From: Felis catus
Lineage: Eukaryota
NCBI RefSeq assembly: GCF_018350175.1
Contig: NC_058368.1
Location: 179,244,001-179,308,000, forward strand
Reading direction: 5' to 3'
Length of the DNA stretch: 64,000 nt
Shown: positions 41,722 through 55,727 of the stretch, in pieces
How positions within the stretch are numbered: position 1 is the first letter of the stretch
How the letters are laid out: every line of letters begins with the position of its first letter
Notes under the pieces: generated by a model
What the model was told of the DNA's origin: nothing
Seen by the model: the letters and a program-made list of their open reading frames with translations, nothing else
The model's database searches: none
Program-made: the position numbers and the translations under genes

Positions 41722-42656
41722 TTATGTATGTATGTATGTATGTATGTATGTATGTATGTATGTCTTTTTTCCCCTCAGAGTCCCCCTTAAAATTTCTTTC
41801 AGGACTGGTTTAGTGGTCACCAACTCCTTTAATTTGTGTTTGTCTGGGAAACTTTTTATCTCTCCTTCTATTTTGAATGACAGCCTTGCTGGATAAAGAA
41901 TTCTTGGCTGCATATTTTTCTGATTCAGCACATTGAATATATCCTTTCACTCCTTTCTGGCCTGCCAAGTTTCTGTGGATAGGTCTGCTGCAAACCTGAT
42001 CTGTCTTACCTTGTAGGTTAAGGACTTTTCTTCCTCTTGATGCTTTCATGATTCTCTCCTTGCCTTAGTATTTTGTGAATTTGACTATGATATGCCTTGT
42101 TGATGGTCAGTTCTTGTTGAATCTAATGGGAGTCCTCTGTGCTTCCTGAATTTTGATATCTGTGTCTTTCCCCAGGTTAGGAAAGTTTTCTGCTATGATT
42201 TGCTCACATAACCCTTCTACCTCTATTTCTTTCTCTTCCTCTTCTGGGACCCCCTATGATTCTGATGTTTTTCCTTTTTAATGAATCACTGATTTCTCTA
42301 ATTCTTAAATCATTCTCTTTTGTCTTATTCTCCCTCTATTTGTCTGCTTTCTTATTCTCCATAAGTTTGTCCTCTGTATCGCTGATTCTCTGTTCTGCCT
42401 CATTCATCCTTGCTGCCGCGGCATCCATTCAAGATTGCAGCTCAGTTATAGCATTTTTTATTTCATCCTGACTAGCTTTTACTTCTTTTATCTCCACAGA
42501 AAGGGATTCTAATCTATTTTTGACTCCAGCCAGTATTCTTATTATCATGATTCTAAGTTCTGGTTCATACATCTTGCTTGTATCTGTGTTGGTTAAGCCC
42601 CTGGCTGTCATTTCTTCCTGCTCCTTCTTTTGGGGTGAATTCCTTCGTTTTGTCAT
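41722..42656 (-). pseudogene. L1 ORF1, frameshifted
   Basis: ORF fragments MTKRRNSPQKK... and ...QPRILYPARLSFKIEGEIKSFPDK lie in different frames. Confidence 0.85.
41723..41763. repeat. (TATG)n tetranucleotide in the L1 inter-ORF region
   Basis: Direct reading. Confidence 0.9.
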
Positions 42657-42718
42657 TTTGAAGGGTGAAAAGGAATTAATGAGATAGAAAAAATTAAAAT
42701 TAAAAAAAAATAAAATTA

Positions 42719-42920
42719 GGGATGCCTGGGTGGCTCGATTGGGTGTCTGACTTCAGCTCAGGTCACGATCTCACAGCTTGTGGGTTTGAGCCCCATGTTG
42801 GGCTCTGTGCTGACAGCTCAGAGCCTGGAGCCTGCTTCAGATTCTGTGTCTCCCTCTCTCTCTCCACACCTCCTCCACTCATGCTCTGTCTCTCTCTGTC
42901 TCAAAAATAAATAAACATTA
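42719..42920 (+). mobile_element. Can-SINE inserted in the A-rich L1 5'UTR
   Basis: GGGATGCCTGGGTGGCTC head, CT body, AATAAATAAAC; flanked by repeated AAAATTAAAATTAAAAAAA. Confidence 0.9.
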
Positions 42921-44593
42921 ATTTTTTTGTAAAAATTAAAATTAAAAAAATATTAAAATTAAAAAATTAAAAACACACACACAAAATCGAATAAATGATG
43001 CTAGATCCTAGGTGTGTTTTGGTCTGGGTGTTGAAAGTGGCTTGATAAATTAGAGAAAAGAGGGGGAAAAAGAAAAAAAAAGAAATGACTTGAAAATTTG
43101 AAAAAATGAATACACTGAAGTAGACTAAAATGAAATGATGGAAGTAAAATAGAATTTGAAAAAAATTACACAAAAGTAAAAAATATAGTAGAATAAAATT
43201 AAAGAAAAATATTTTTAATAAAAATGAATTTTTTCTTTCTGTATTCAAGAAAAACAAAAGTGATGAAAAGGAGAAAAAGAAAGAAAAAATAAGAGAAAGA
43301 AAATTGAACAGTTGGGCCGGCAAACAGTGAAATACGACTGATATTGCTTCGTTTTCCCCTAGAAGTCAAACTATGAAACTCTTTATAGTCCATAAACTAA
43401 GCAGGTGGTGAGACTTGGGTTCTTGAAGAGCGACGATGGCCCAGTTGGGTGGGGCTTAGTGTAATGGCTCTGTTCTCCACTAAATGGCGTTGCTAGCCTA
43501 CTGGGGTGGATTGTTGTGGCGCTTATATGTGCATATGCCCATGTATGGGAGTGGTGAAAATGGCATTGCCCAGCTACCCAGTCTCTAGTATCGGAACTCT
43601 TTTCTCCCTGATCAGCAATCCTCACCGGTCCTTCGTATTCAGCTTCTGTCCACTCCCCACTTCCACACTGTCTGTAACCAAGCTCCAGGCAGCACCTACC
43701 TCCTGAGTTTTGTCTCAGATGCGGCTGCCTTCCCCAGTCCCCCACTTCTGAGGGAGTTCGGCTTTGACCCGCTCCACGCCTCTGTGGAGGGTCTCACCGA
43801 GCAATGGCTGGGTGCTGGCTGCCCCCAGGAATGTTTGCAGGACCGTGCTCCTGTGATGCCCAGAGACTACAGCCAGGGGCCAGCCTGCCCCAGAAAAAGT
43901 TTGCCAGACAGTGTAGCAGCAGCATCTGAGGGATTATGGAAAATCACAACACACATCTGGAACCAGGCTTAACCCCCAATGACCTTGTTCCAGCACCAGC
44001 GAATGTGGCTGTTCTCTGGGGTCTGCTGGGCCCCAGTGGCCTCACAGTGTCTACCAAATGGCCTTTCAGCAGTGGAACCATTTCTCCCTGTGTGACCCAA
44101 GAACCTCCTGGACCCCATTCTGCTCCTGGGGATTCACCCTTCCCACCAGAGCCCCGCCAGCTATCGAGCTGCGGGGTTTCAGACTTTGTGCTCCCCCTGT
44201 TTACAGTCTTAATGGAATTTAAACCCTCTCCTTTCTCCTTTCTCCCTTTTTAGTTCAGTCCCTGCAGCTGTTTCCAATTTTCCACTTTCTCTTCAGCTGC
44301 TTTTGGGGAAGGGTGCTTTTCCTGTATTCTCCCCCCACCCCCATCTCTGTCCCCTCTCTGCATGCAAAAGCGGCTCCCTCCATGGCTTCTCTGTCCCCAT
44401 GTTCACCTCTCCATGCCACGTACCTGCTGAATTCTGTGGTTCAGGGTATGCAGATTGTTGTGTTAATCCTCAGATCAGTTTTTTAGGTGTGCAGGATGGT
44501 TTAGTGTTGGTCTGGTTGTATTTCATGGACACGAGACACACAGAAAACTTCCATGCTGTTCCACCATCTTGGTTCCTTCCCTATACCCACATC

Positions 44594-44885
44594 TTTTTTG
44601 TCCATTCATCTGTTGATGGACACTTGGGTTGTGTCCATATTTTGGCTTTTGTAAATAATGCCTCAATAAATATAGTGGGGCATATGTCTCTTCCAATTAG
44701 TGTTTTCATTTTCTTTGGGTGAATATGAAGTAGTGTAGTTACTGGATCATAGGGTAGTTCTATTTTTAATTTTTTGAGGAACCTCCATACTATCTTCTAC
44801 AGTGGCTGCACCAGTTTCCATTCCCACAAGCAGTTCGTTTTTCTCCACATCCTTGCCAACATTTGTTTCTTGTGTTTTTTATTTG
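44594..44885 (-). mobile_element. Older L1 fragment, right half
   Basis: TCCATTCATCTGTTGATGGACACTTGGGTTG... continues the L1 interrupted at 37466. Confidence 0.85.
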
Positions 44886-45480
44886 TTTTCTATAGGTTTT
44901 CCTGAGATATACATCTCAGAAAGGCTGAAAGTTTCTCCTGATTGTATTTTTTTTTTCCAACTGAGAAAAATTTGGTAGCATTCTTAATAATGCAAAAAAA
45001 AAAGTTTGAAAAATGGGTGGACTCACTCTTGCCTCTGGTCTTAATTTAAAGAGTACATAGGCCAACTAATAACTATAATAAAATAATCTGTTAAGCCTCA
45101 AAGAATATAATTAAGTAATTCATTTTAAAAGAGGAATATGAATAACTTAAGATATTTGTGAATCTTTAAACTTTTTTACTGTTGAAAGAAATTCAGATGA
45201 AAAGAGTAATGAGAGTTTTCACTGACTTGTTTGGCAAAAATTAGTGTCTGGTGTGGGAAATGTGGAAAAATAGCCAGGCTTGTGTGCAAAAAGAAGCACT
45301 CCTGCATGACCTGGAATAAATTTTCTAAGGGGAAGCTTGGAAGTAAGTGTCAATTCTAGGTGTGGATATCCTTTGGCCCAGCAATTATATTTGAGGGAAT
45401 GTATCCATAGGAAATTATTGGACATGTGTTCAAAGATATATTTTCAAGGATATTAATGGATGGACCATTTATAAAATATA

Positions 45481-45704
45481 TTTTTTTTAAATTTTTTTCA
45501 ACGTTTATTTATTTTTTTTGGGACAGAGAGAGACAGAGCATGAACAGGGGAGGGGCAGAGAGAGAGGGAGACACAGAATCGGAAACAGGCTCCAGGCTCT
45601 GAGCCATCAGCCCAGAGCCTGACGCGGGGCTCGAACTCAGGGACTGCGAGATCGTGACCTGGCCGAAGTCAGACGCTTAACCGACTGCGCCACCCAGGCG
45701 CCCC
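45481..45704 (-). mobile_element. Young Can-SINE (SINEC_Fc-like), CpG-rich
   Basis: Reverse complement GGGGCGCCTGGGTGGCGCAGTCGGTTAAGCGTC...GTTCGAGCCCCGCGTC; flanking repeat TAAAATA..TTTT. Confidence 0.93.
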
Positions 45705-46300
45705 TAAAATAAAATATTTTAAAACAGTACTAATATCTCCTAGCCAAGATTAATGAAATTAGTTGACATATATCCATAAAATAAAAATAGCTGGCATTTA
45801 TTGAGCACTTACTATTTGCTTGCCACTGTACTAGTTCATTATAGGGATTAACTCATTTAATTTGCACAAACATTCTCTGTGTATTATCTCATTTTAAAGA
45901 TGAGGAAAGTGAGACACAAGGAGGTTGAGTAACTTACCCAAGTTTATGCAGCTGCCAAGTGGCAGAGTAGGGGTGACACCCAGGCAGTCTGGTGTGAGTC
46001 TGTACATGTGGAATATAACACAACCAGTTTATGGAAAGGGGCATGGGTGTCTTTAGTAGAGGAAAGTAGATTTCAGAAGAATCTAGCATGATTATTGGAA
46101 GAATAGAGTGGAGGAAGGAAGAAGATATGTGGAATGCTTAGAAAAAATTGGAAAGAGTTTATGCCAAGATATATCAGGGATTACTTGTAGGTGACTTCCA
46201 CTTTCTTCTTTATAAATCCTTATAATCTGAGATTCTGTACAGTAAGCTTGTATTTTTTTTAACAATTAAAAAGTTGTTTTTTAAAAATCAGCAAACTTTT

Positions 46301-46510
46301 GGGGCACCTGGTGGCTTAGTAGGTTAAGCGTCCAACTCTTGATTTCAGCTCAGGTCATGGTCTCAAGGTTTGTGAGATCGAGCCCCACATCAGGCTTTGT
46401 ACTGACAATGCGGAGCCCACTTGGGATTCTCATTCTCCATCTCTCTGTCTCTCTCCCCCTCCCCCACTCTCAAAATAAATAAATAAACATTAAAAATAAA
46501 AAAATAAAAA
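46301..46510 (+). mobile_element. Can-SINE
   Basis: TSD-like AAAATCAGCAAACTTTT / AAAATCAGCCAAGTTTT. Confidence 0.9.
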
Positions 46511-47249
46511 TCAGCCAAGTTTTAGCCTTAATTTGTTTTGAGACATTCCTTTTTGACTCAAATGGTATTGGTTTTCTCGTCTAATGTTTCCTACAAGCCA
46601 GTACCTTCCTAAATTTCAATTATTCAATAGTTTAATGTTGGATATACATCTGTATTTTAATAAAACCCTATGTAACTATCCTATGAGTTGTAATTAAGGA
46701 GATTGTAGGGATCTGAAGATATAATACTGAAATGATTATAATTGACACAGTTACTTGGCTGACCAAATAGCCATTGATGGGATCTCCACTTTGCAGATTG
46801 GAGAAGCTGAATACTCACTTTCATAGCCACCCTTGGACCTAGAGTTGGCCATGGGACAGAAGAGACCAAAGGGGCTGGTGACTTCATAAGCCCCTACAAA
46901 ATGTTTTCTTTTCCTTGTAGGAAGAGCAAACCTAACTGGCACTGCTTTCCTCTTCAAGCTTTTAGCCTGTTGTGAGGGCATGATTTTTGCAGTTGTAATA
47001 GCCACTTTTTGAACTTCAGGTTACATATGAGGGCCAAATCAAAAGATATTCTGACCCTAACATGTGGTAGTATTGAACCTAAGACAGCTGAAGCTTATCT
47101 CCAGACTTCTTGTTCTGTGGGAAAAATAAAACCTTATTTGTTTAAGCCACCATGAACTCTTTCATAACTTGAAGGCAAGCATATTCCCAGTGGATAGTCT
47201 TTTCAAAATGCTCAGGTGTTATTTTATATTGCATTTAAGAACATTATAA

Positions 47250-47432
47250 GGGCACCCGTGTGACTTAGTCAGTAAAACATCCAACTCTTGGTTTTGGCTC
47301 AGGTCATGATCTCACAGTTTGTGACACTGAGCCCTGCAGTTGGACTCTGTGCTGACAGCATGGAGCCTGCTTGGGATTCTCTCTCTCCCTCTCTCTCTGC
47401 CCCTCCCCCCTCTTAAAATAAACATTTAAAAA
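47250..47432 (+). mobile_element. Can-SINE (diverged)
   Basis: GGGCACCCGTGTGACTTAGTC...GGCTCAGGTCATGATCTCAC...AAAATAAACATT. Confidence 0.85.
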
Positions 47433-48810
47433 TGTTTCATATCTTACCTTGTGAAGAAATGTTGTTTGAATCATTTTCATAGAGTACTAAAGGACTGTAT
47501 GAAAATTAGAACTAAAATTAAAACTTATTTAGAAATAAAGTTCATCTGGTTAAATTTCTTCTTTTTTATATACAAAAAAAGTATTTAAGGAGGGTAAATT
47601 ATTAGCACAAGTTTATATGACTAGTTGTTCTTTTCTTTTATAAACATTTTTACAACTTTGTATGGTGACACCTTCAGGTGGCTATTTCTGTTTACTATAA
47701 GTCATAAGTCACAAGGTATATGAAGTGCAAGATGATAAACTATGAGCATCCTACCACATTTCAGTAGATAGACTGCCTGACAAGAAATACATCTTCTCCT
47801 TACCCTGAGCATGGGAACTGCTGGCTGAATAATTCACAGAAGATATGAATGAAGAATGCTTGCCTGGGTGTATTGGTGGGTGTTCTTCATCATAAGCACT
47901 TCAAGAGTCATTTTGTTGGATGATTTTGGTCACTGATAGAGGCTGAGATGTGTAAGCTTATGGCAGCCGGCACAGCAATGAACTCATTATTTTTTTCTCA
48001 AAGGCCAGCTCAGCCTCTGCTAGAATGTCTTTTTGGGATTTCTGTATCACTCACAGCTAATGAGTCTGGACTTGCCACTTACATTTCCAAAGTGGATTCC
48101 AGTGGTATAATATCATTTTAGAATGAAGCTTATAAAGGAAGAAGGTTGACACTGAGAGTATACTATAGAGCCCCATCCACAAGATATTTATTATAAAACT
48201 GCATTTGAATGTGTACCAATAAGGTCTTTTTCTCATGGCCAAGCTATAAAATAGCCCCAGAAAATCAGAAGACACAGCTGTATCCTAAACACTTGTAAGC
48301 TCTCAGCTCCAAAATCACCTCCAAGAGAACATTCCCTAATTCTTCAGTCTGAGGCAGCCTTACAGCTACTCCAAGATATAACTCCACCTTAGTTTCTTCT
48401 AGGCTCTTATTATCATCTGACCATTATGTTATGAATTCTTTTCCTTGTTCTCTGTATCTCTCCCCACACTAGCATGTTATATCAGAAGCAGCAGGACCCG
48501 CTCAGTCTTGTTCACTGTGGCATCCTCAGTGAAGATGCAAGGCCAAAGAGCAGGAGTTCAATAAATTATTGTTGAGAGAAGGAGAGAGTGACTGTGATGC
48601 TGTAGCTACTTTGGCTATTTAGTGAAGTTAATAAATTTTCTTTTAAGGGTGAGATGGAAGATGAATTCTCTCTTTTTAGTTTTGGTGAGGGTATTGATTT
48701 GTATGTTAGCCAAGTACTTGTGTATCTTAGCCTGAAGAGTTACGGTATAAATAAGTAGAAATATACAGGAGCAGTTGCAACTAGCATATGTCTTAGTCAT
48801 GATAAAATTC

Positions 48811-48842
<32 letters not shown>

Positions 48843-48882
48843 CTGTGTGTCTGTGTGTCTGTGTGTCTGTGTCTGTGTGTGT
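48811..48882. repeat. (TG)n/(TGTC) imperfect microsatellite
   Basis: Direct reading. Confidence 0.9.
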
Positions 48883-51800
48883 ATGCACATAGGTTGGTTA
48901 GCTTTATATAACTTGCTTTAGCCTGAGTGGCCAAGGGTCTGGGTTACTGGGGAAAAGATATATTTTTTAGATTGTGCCAGAATTATACAGATATTTTCAC
49001 ATTTCACTGCATAATATGTTAAACAGATATTTTCACAGTCTTCAACTGATCCTGTTCTCTAAGTATACACACACGTTGGTTCCCCAGTATAGAAGCCAAT
49101 ATAAAAAGCATGAAAACCAGGCCAACATTAGCCTCACTTAGGAAACCTGCAGGGAGTTTGATGGAAAGGAAACCTGGGCGTCTGCAAGAGGTTGACACTG
49201 GGCCCAAGAGAGAAGAGCCCATAGAGAATCATGTAGCACTCCACCTACTCTTGGGATGGAAAGTCATGTAGGATGTGATATAGCAAAAACATTATTCAGC
49301 TCCAAAGAGCAGCTAAATCTGCCAGCAAACTGAATTTTCAGAGCAAGATAAAACATTAATTACAGATGACAAGATTAGCGTTTGCTTTTTCTGCAAATTC
49401 CACAGGGTCTCTAAGCAACTTGATCTTTGAATTCCCAAGGTACTAAAAAATCCACACAGAAGAGTTTGTTGTCTTAATGTTGCAAGAATCCTTGAGCAAT
49501 TTACTTGAGCACTGCCAAGTAAAAATCTAGCTTAATGACACAGACTATAAGGAATATTTTTGAGCTTCTTTTAGAGGACTGACATTTAAAACAGTTTAAG
49601 CTGATAATTTTAAGTATAAATTCTTCCAAAATTCTGTGAGTACTCAAGGTGACTTGCTGGAGCTTAAAGAAACAACTGTGTAATCATCAACATTGGATTT
49701 TCATTTTAGAAAGCCTTTCCACACACTACTTTTTAAAAGTATTTGTCACTTTGAAAGTGTTTGTAATTTTAACAGAGAAGCACTTCCCAAAAGAGAAGTT
49801 TAGCTGCTGGAAGGCAAAAAGGCTGAGGCCTCATATTTGATATTCATAAATGTGAAGTCACCTTTCCTCTCTTCTTGGCCCAGTCCATTAATACTGATCT
49901 CAGAGAATCCTAGGGAACACAATACAGATTAAATTACCAATGTTCAAGGTTTGGAATAAGTTACCAATGTCCAAGCAATATCTGTTAGAGAGAAAATGTT
50001 GCTGTTTTGGGTATAGACTCTCAGACAACAAGACAAACACAAGTGTACAAGAAATAGAATACTTTTTTTTTTTTAGCATGGACCCTCATCTTAATGTCAA
50101 TTCCCCATTCTGTTGAATGGCATAAAACATAAAGTTAGTCACCTGTGCGTACATTCAGTCTTTTCAGGTTTAAACTTCATAAGTTGAGAGTTTCTTTTTC
50201 TCCATCATTCTTCTTGGAGTAGCAGGTAGCATCGTGACAATTTACAAATCCCTCTGAAGTACCTGGAATGATGCAGAGTTTATTCTGCCTTGGCAATATG
50301 GTTGGCTATCTTAAGGTCACTAGGCCTTCAACAATCCATGAAGCCCCCTTTTCCTTATTCTTCCAGGCAAGACCACTGCCTCCCATAAATCTGGCTGGGA
50401 ACTACAGTACAAGTCTCCTCTATTTTATCTGAACATTATATCATTTCCCCTTTTGCAACAAACACTAGCCCCTTCGCTGAGAGCCCCCACCCCCATCAGC
50501 ATCTCACTATTTCGCTCTCTTTTCTGATTTTTTTTCTCCCATCTCAAAAAGTGTGTTAATTCTGAAAAACAAAAACTCAACTTTCAGAAAAGTTGTATGA
50601 CTAATATAATTAATGACTCTATACCTTTTATGTAGCTACACCAGTTAAGATTTTGTATCATTTGCTTTATCTCTTTCTGTCTACACACAGGGATACACAC
50701 ACACACACTTTTTATTCTCCTGAATCAATAGAGAGTTGCTTACATCATGCCATTTCACCTGAAATACTTAATCATGCATCTCCCAAGATTAAGGCATTCT
50801 TCTACCTTATCACATTTGGGAATTTAATATTGACACAATGCCTTAACTAGTATTACTAATGTAGCTCTATTTCTAAAAGTTTCCAGTCATCTCAGCAAGG
50901 TCCTTTATACATTTTTCCTTTATAATAATAATCTTTGTATAATGATCTGTGATCCAGTTTGGGCCCACTAACTGCATTTAGTTATCAGGGGTCTTACTCT
51001 TAACTGAGATTATCAGCTCAGAGAATTATCTTGTAAGAGTACATGGAGGGAGAAGGGTTGGGAGTGGAGAAGGAAAAACTCACTTTGTTCTTTAAGCCAG
51101 GCCCGTGGTTTTTAAAGCTCAGAAACCAAGAGATCACTTCTTTTGTCACTATTTACATCCTTGCTCTTAGCTGCCTACCCTGTAGGCAATGAGGGCCAGT
51201 AAAGGAAAACTAGAGGCAGGAAAACCATGCCAGTTAATATTACACTTCAAATTATTACCCTGACCCAATGTTATTACAGAAAAATGGATTTGTGCCTCCC
51301 ATTAAGGTGGATTTTTCTCCTTGGGGATTTTTTAATAGTCCACAGTGTCATTTTGTTCCGCCTTATAGAACTCAGTCTCTGGAGGACGATGTTCTTCCTT
51401 CTCACCTTACTTTCTCTTTTCTGATTTCCTTCTTAGTGTCATATTGTTGCAATTGATACCAGAGAACAAATACTTATAGTTGCCTTCTTGGAGGGAAATT
51501 TTGGCCACTGACTAAATTTAGAAGGACAGTCGTGTGGATCAGGTATGAAATCAGTAATGTTATAGATGAAAATTTGCAGGACCCTGATAATGAAGTAAAT
51601 TGCTTTCACATAGGCCTCCTATAGCTAAAAGCATCAGTAGCAGCCTCAAGTTAAGTGTAGTAAGTTAAGAGTGTCTTTGCTTTCTGATAGTCTCTGAAAC
51701 TGTCATTTGGACGATGAGCTCAGTTTATTAATTAGAGCTGATAACTTGTGAACTCTAAATCAGTTGTAGGTTTTCAACATGACAACCTTCTGCTTTTGAG

Positions 51801-52099
51801 AGGCTTATATTACAAAGCCAACAACTTTATGACAATGAACCAAGGGCCTTTTGTGCTGTTCTAGGCAGTATTTTACTTGACATCAGGAAGATGTTGTATA
51901 AATACTCACTGATTGAAACACAGAAGAGTAATTATTCTTATTCAAATGATAACATAAACAATTGAGCTCAGATTCCAGGATTTACTCAACTAACCCTCAG
52001 AACATGCTTTGCTGCTACTAAGATGTGCAGGGGGTAAAAAAAGAAACCAACCAAAAAAGAAAAAAAAAAAGAACTACTTTTATATTTTATATTTGAAAG

Positions 52100-52792
52100 A
52101 CAAGTCATAGACTGCAAAAAAAAATATTCACTATGCACTTACATGATAAAGCAGTTGTGTGAGAATATAAAAAGAACTCTTACAGTTCAATAATATGAAG
52201 GCAAACAACCCAGTTAAAAATGGGCAAAAGATAAAAACAGACACTTGGGTTGAAACGCAGGCCAAAAGGTGCTCAATAGCATTATTCATCACGGGAATGT
52301 GAATTATAATGAGATACTACCTCATACCCACTAGAATGGATAAAGTTAAAAATACTACCTAATACTAAGTATTAGCAACCCAAATGTCTGTCAAGATGTG
52401 AATATGTTATGCATGAACAATGGGATACTCCTCAGAGAAATTATAAAAGGGAATGAGGCAACAGCCTGGATAAATCTCGAAATGATTATATGGAGTAAAA
52501 AAAATCCAGGCCAAAAAGAGTACATATTACTCTTAATTCCTGTCATATGAAATTCTAGAAAATGCAAAATAATTAGAGGCAGAAAGCATACAGGTGGGTG
52601 TCTGAAGATGGGATGGGAGAGGGTGTCTGAGGGGGGATGGACTACACAGGGGCATGGAGAAACAGTATCTTGATTGTAGTGATGGTTTCATAGGTGTATG
52701 GATAGGTTAAAAACTCATCAAATTGTACACATTAAATATGTGCAGTTTATTGTATATCAATTATACCTCCATAAAGCTGTTTTGTATAAAAA
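52100..52792 (+). mobile_element. Ancient L1 (L1MD/L1ME-type) 3' fragment
   Basis: AAACAACCCAGTTAAAAATGGGCAAAAG ... AAAACTCATCAAATTGTACAC...TATACCTCCATAAAGCTG. Confidence 0.7.
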
Positions 52793-53299
52793 AAGAAAGC
52801 ATAGATTGGGAGGGAATATTTATAATATGTAAACCTAAAAAAGGGACTAATATCTAGAATATTAAAAATTAAATTCCACAGCCCAGTAAAGAAAAAATAT
52901 AACCCAATAGGAAAATGGGCAAATATCTCTAATGGGATATATATTTGACCATGTTAGCATGAAAGTAAGACAAGAGGAGGAAGGTAAATAGAGTGTTCTA
53001 ACGTCCTTGAATTTCTTGGGAATTGGCAAAAGTACTTACTTACATTAGATTTAAATATGTTAAGGATAAATATGTCATTTCTAGGAGAACCACAATAAGA
53101 TAATATAAAAATACATGACTAACAAGGTGATAGAGAAGGGAAATGTAATAATAAAAAAACTTTGTTAATGCTCTCCATTCCAAGAGCTCTGAGCTTAAAT
53201 TTTCCATATCCCTCTTTAACCCTGGTTCAGTGTTCAAAATAGGACAAATTTGTAAATTCTTCAGATTTTTGTTTCTTTTTTCCTGATTTGGGGTAAGAG

Positions 53300-53301
<2 letters not shown>

Positions 53302-53345
<44 letters not shown>
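53302..53345. repeat. (TG)n microsatellite
   Basis: Direct reading. Confidence 0.95.
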
Positions 53346-53348
<3 letters not shown>

Positions 53349-54479
53349 ATTTTATTTTATTTTTTTGCTGCTGCTAGTTTTTACTGTTATTGCTATTATT
53401 ATTATTACTATGACTAATTATTTGCCCTATGCCAGAGGGAAAGTAATGAAAGATAATTTAATCTTCTACTTACCTAAAACCCAGATAAAATACTTAGCTG
53501 AGAAGGAGTCTGAAACTCATAGTTTAAATGCATAATTCATGTCTCCTATAGTTTTGTCTTCACTGTCACAGTGTCCTATGCAAGCAGATAATTGAAAGTT
53601 GTGATATTTTGCTTTCAAATGTGTCTCAGGGACAACAATAGAGTCCCATCACATTTATATATATAAGCTACCTAATGCAGGCATCAGCCCTTTAGCCCCT
53701 ACACTCAGAAGTTTTCTTAGTCCTTTTCCCACTGAGTCATGACTGCGGAATTGCCAGAGTGTCATATGAGAGATTTTAAGTTTGTGGACTAATCTACAGG
53801 AGCTCTATAATAAATTATTACTGTTTATGAAGTTAGTATTTACATATATTTATTCACATATTTATGTTGCTCTTCATTACTTCCCAGATATCTGTGCTTC
53901 AATCTAGGATCATTTTTCCTTCCCCATCCTTTACTGTTTGTTTATATAAAAATGTCTATTTTTCCTTCATTTTTAATAATATTTTTTGTTGGACATTGAA
54001 TTAAAAATTGACAGGAATTTTTCCCAAGTGTTTTCCTGATCTGCTTCCATTGTCTTCTGACTTCCATTGTTTACGTTGAGAAGTCAGTATCAGTGTTTTT
54101 TGTCTTCTTTGTTAATAATGCATCATTTTTCATTGCCTACTTTTCTCCCCTTTTTATTTTGAAAAAATTCAGAGCTATAGAAAATTTGAAAGAATAGTAC
54201 AATGAAATCTATATATACTTTACCAATATATACCAATTTTAAATATTTTTCCACATTTGTCTTTTTCACTCTCTCTGTCTGCCATACACATACATACGTA
54301 TGTCCTCAGTATCTTCACTCAGAATACCTCCCAATATCTATCCTCATTCAGAAATTCATTGCTCTTAGCAGTAGAATCTATCTTTCCTAATTCATCTGAC
54401 CAACAATACTGTCCACTGTTTTTGATTGAGACAGTCTCTAAACATCTAGCCAAACAATATAAATATTTTTAAAAATGCA

Positions 54480-55015
54480 AGCATATTAGTTTTCTATCAC
54501 TGCATAAGAAATTACCATAAACGTAGCAGCTCAAAACAACATATATTTATTATCTCACAGTTTCTATGGGACAGGAGTCCTAATATGGGTTATCCAGGTC
54601 CTCTGCCAAGGATCTCATGAGCCTGAAATTACAGTGTTATAGCTGGCACTGTGATCTCATTGAGACTCAGGGTCTTTTTTCCAGCTTACTAGTTGGTAGG
54701 ATTCAGTTCCTTGTGATTATAGGACTGAAGTCCTCAATTTCTTCCTTGCTAGAAAGAGGGACAACTCTCAGCTCCTAGAGGCTACCCTCAGGTCTTTGCC
54801 ACATGTTCCTCTCCATAGGCATTTTATACATACTGCTTCTTCAAGGTCAGCAGGAGAATCTCACTCTTGTCTGCTATGACAGAGTCTCATGTACAGGAGT
54901 GATTATCCCATCATAGTTACAGTCCCTCCCCACACTCACAAGGAGAGAATTACACAGCACAAATACACCAGCAGGCAGGAATCTTGGGGGCCATCTTAGA
55001 ATTCTGCCTACTGCA
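54480..55015 (-). mobile_element. MaLR (MLT1-type) solo LTR
   Basis: TATTAGTTTTCTAT...ATTTATTATCTCACAGTTTCT...GGGGCCATCTTAGAATTCTGCCTAC. Confidence 0.75.
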
Positions 55016-55499
55016 GCAAGATTTAATGACACTAATGACAGTGATGTTTGGAGAACTGCTTGATTCCTACACAAATCATAGATAAATGAGTAAGATCAAT
55101 TAACAAGTGAAAACAAAACAGATGAAATTGATAGCATTTCCAAAGAGAATGATTGGTTATCAAGGAATTAAGAGATACTCCTGGAAAAATTGCTAAATGT
55201 CATAGAAATTTTTATAAATTTTTTTACTATGCTTACATAGTAAGTATTGAAACTATGGGTATTGTTTTAGGTTTCTAAAACATTTGTTAGAGAAATTTTG
55301 TCTCTCTAAACTATCAAAATGTGATTCATTTTTTTGTCCTAATAATTAGAAGATAGTTATGATAATTTAAATTTTATAAATTATAAAAACAAAACTGGAA
55401 GTAAATTCATTAAAAAGTGGTGTTTTTTTTCATTTTATGAGATAAATCCAGAATCACTTTTCTCTCCCCATTTGATACTGAATTTTTAGTCTCTGTTTA

Positions 55500-55727
55500 A
55501 TTTATCTATCTATCTATCTATCTATCTATGTTTATTTTTTTATTTTTGAGAGAGAAAGAACACAAATGAGACAGGGACAGAGTGAGAGGGAGACACAGAA
55601 TCTGAAGCAGGATCCAAGCTCTGAGCTGTGAGCAGAGAGCCTGAAGCAGGGCTCGAACTCGTGAACTGTGAGATCATGACCTGAGCTGAACTCAGATGCT
55701 CAACCAATTGAGCCATCCTGGTGTCCC
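55500..55727 (-). mobile_element. Can-SINE with (TATC)n in the tail
   Basis: GAGAGGGAGACACAGAATCTGAAGCAGG...GAGATCATGACCTGAGCTGAA...GAGCCATCCTGGTGTCCC. Confidence 0.9.
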
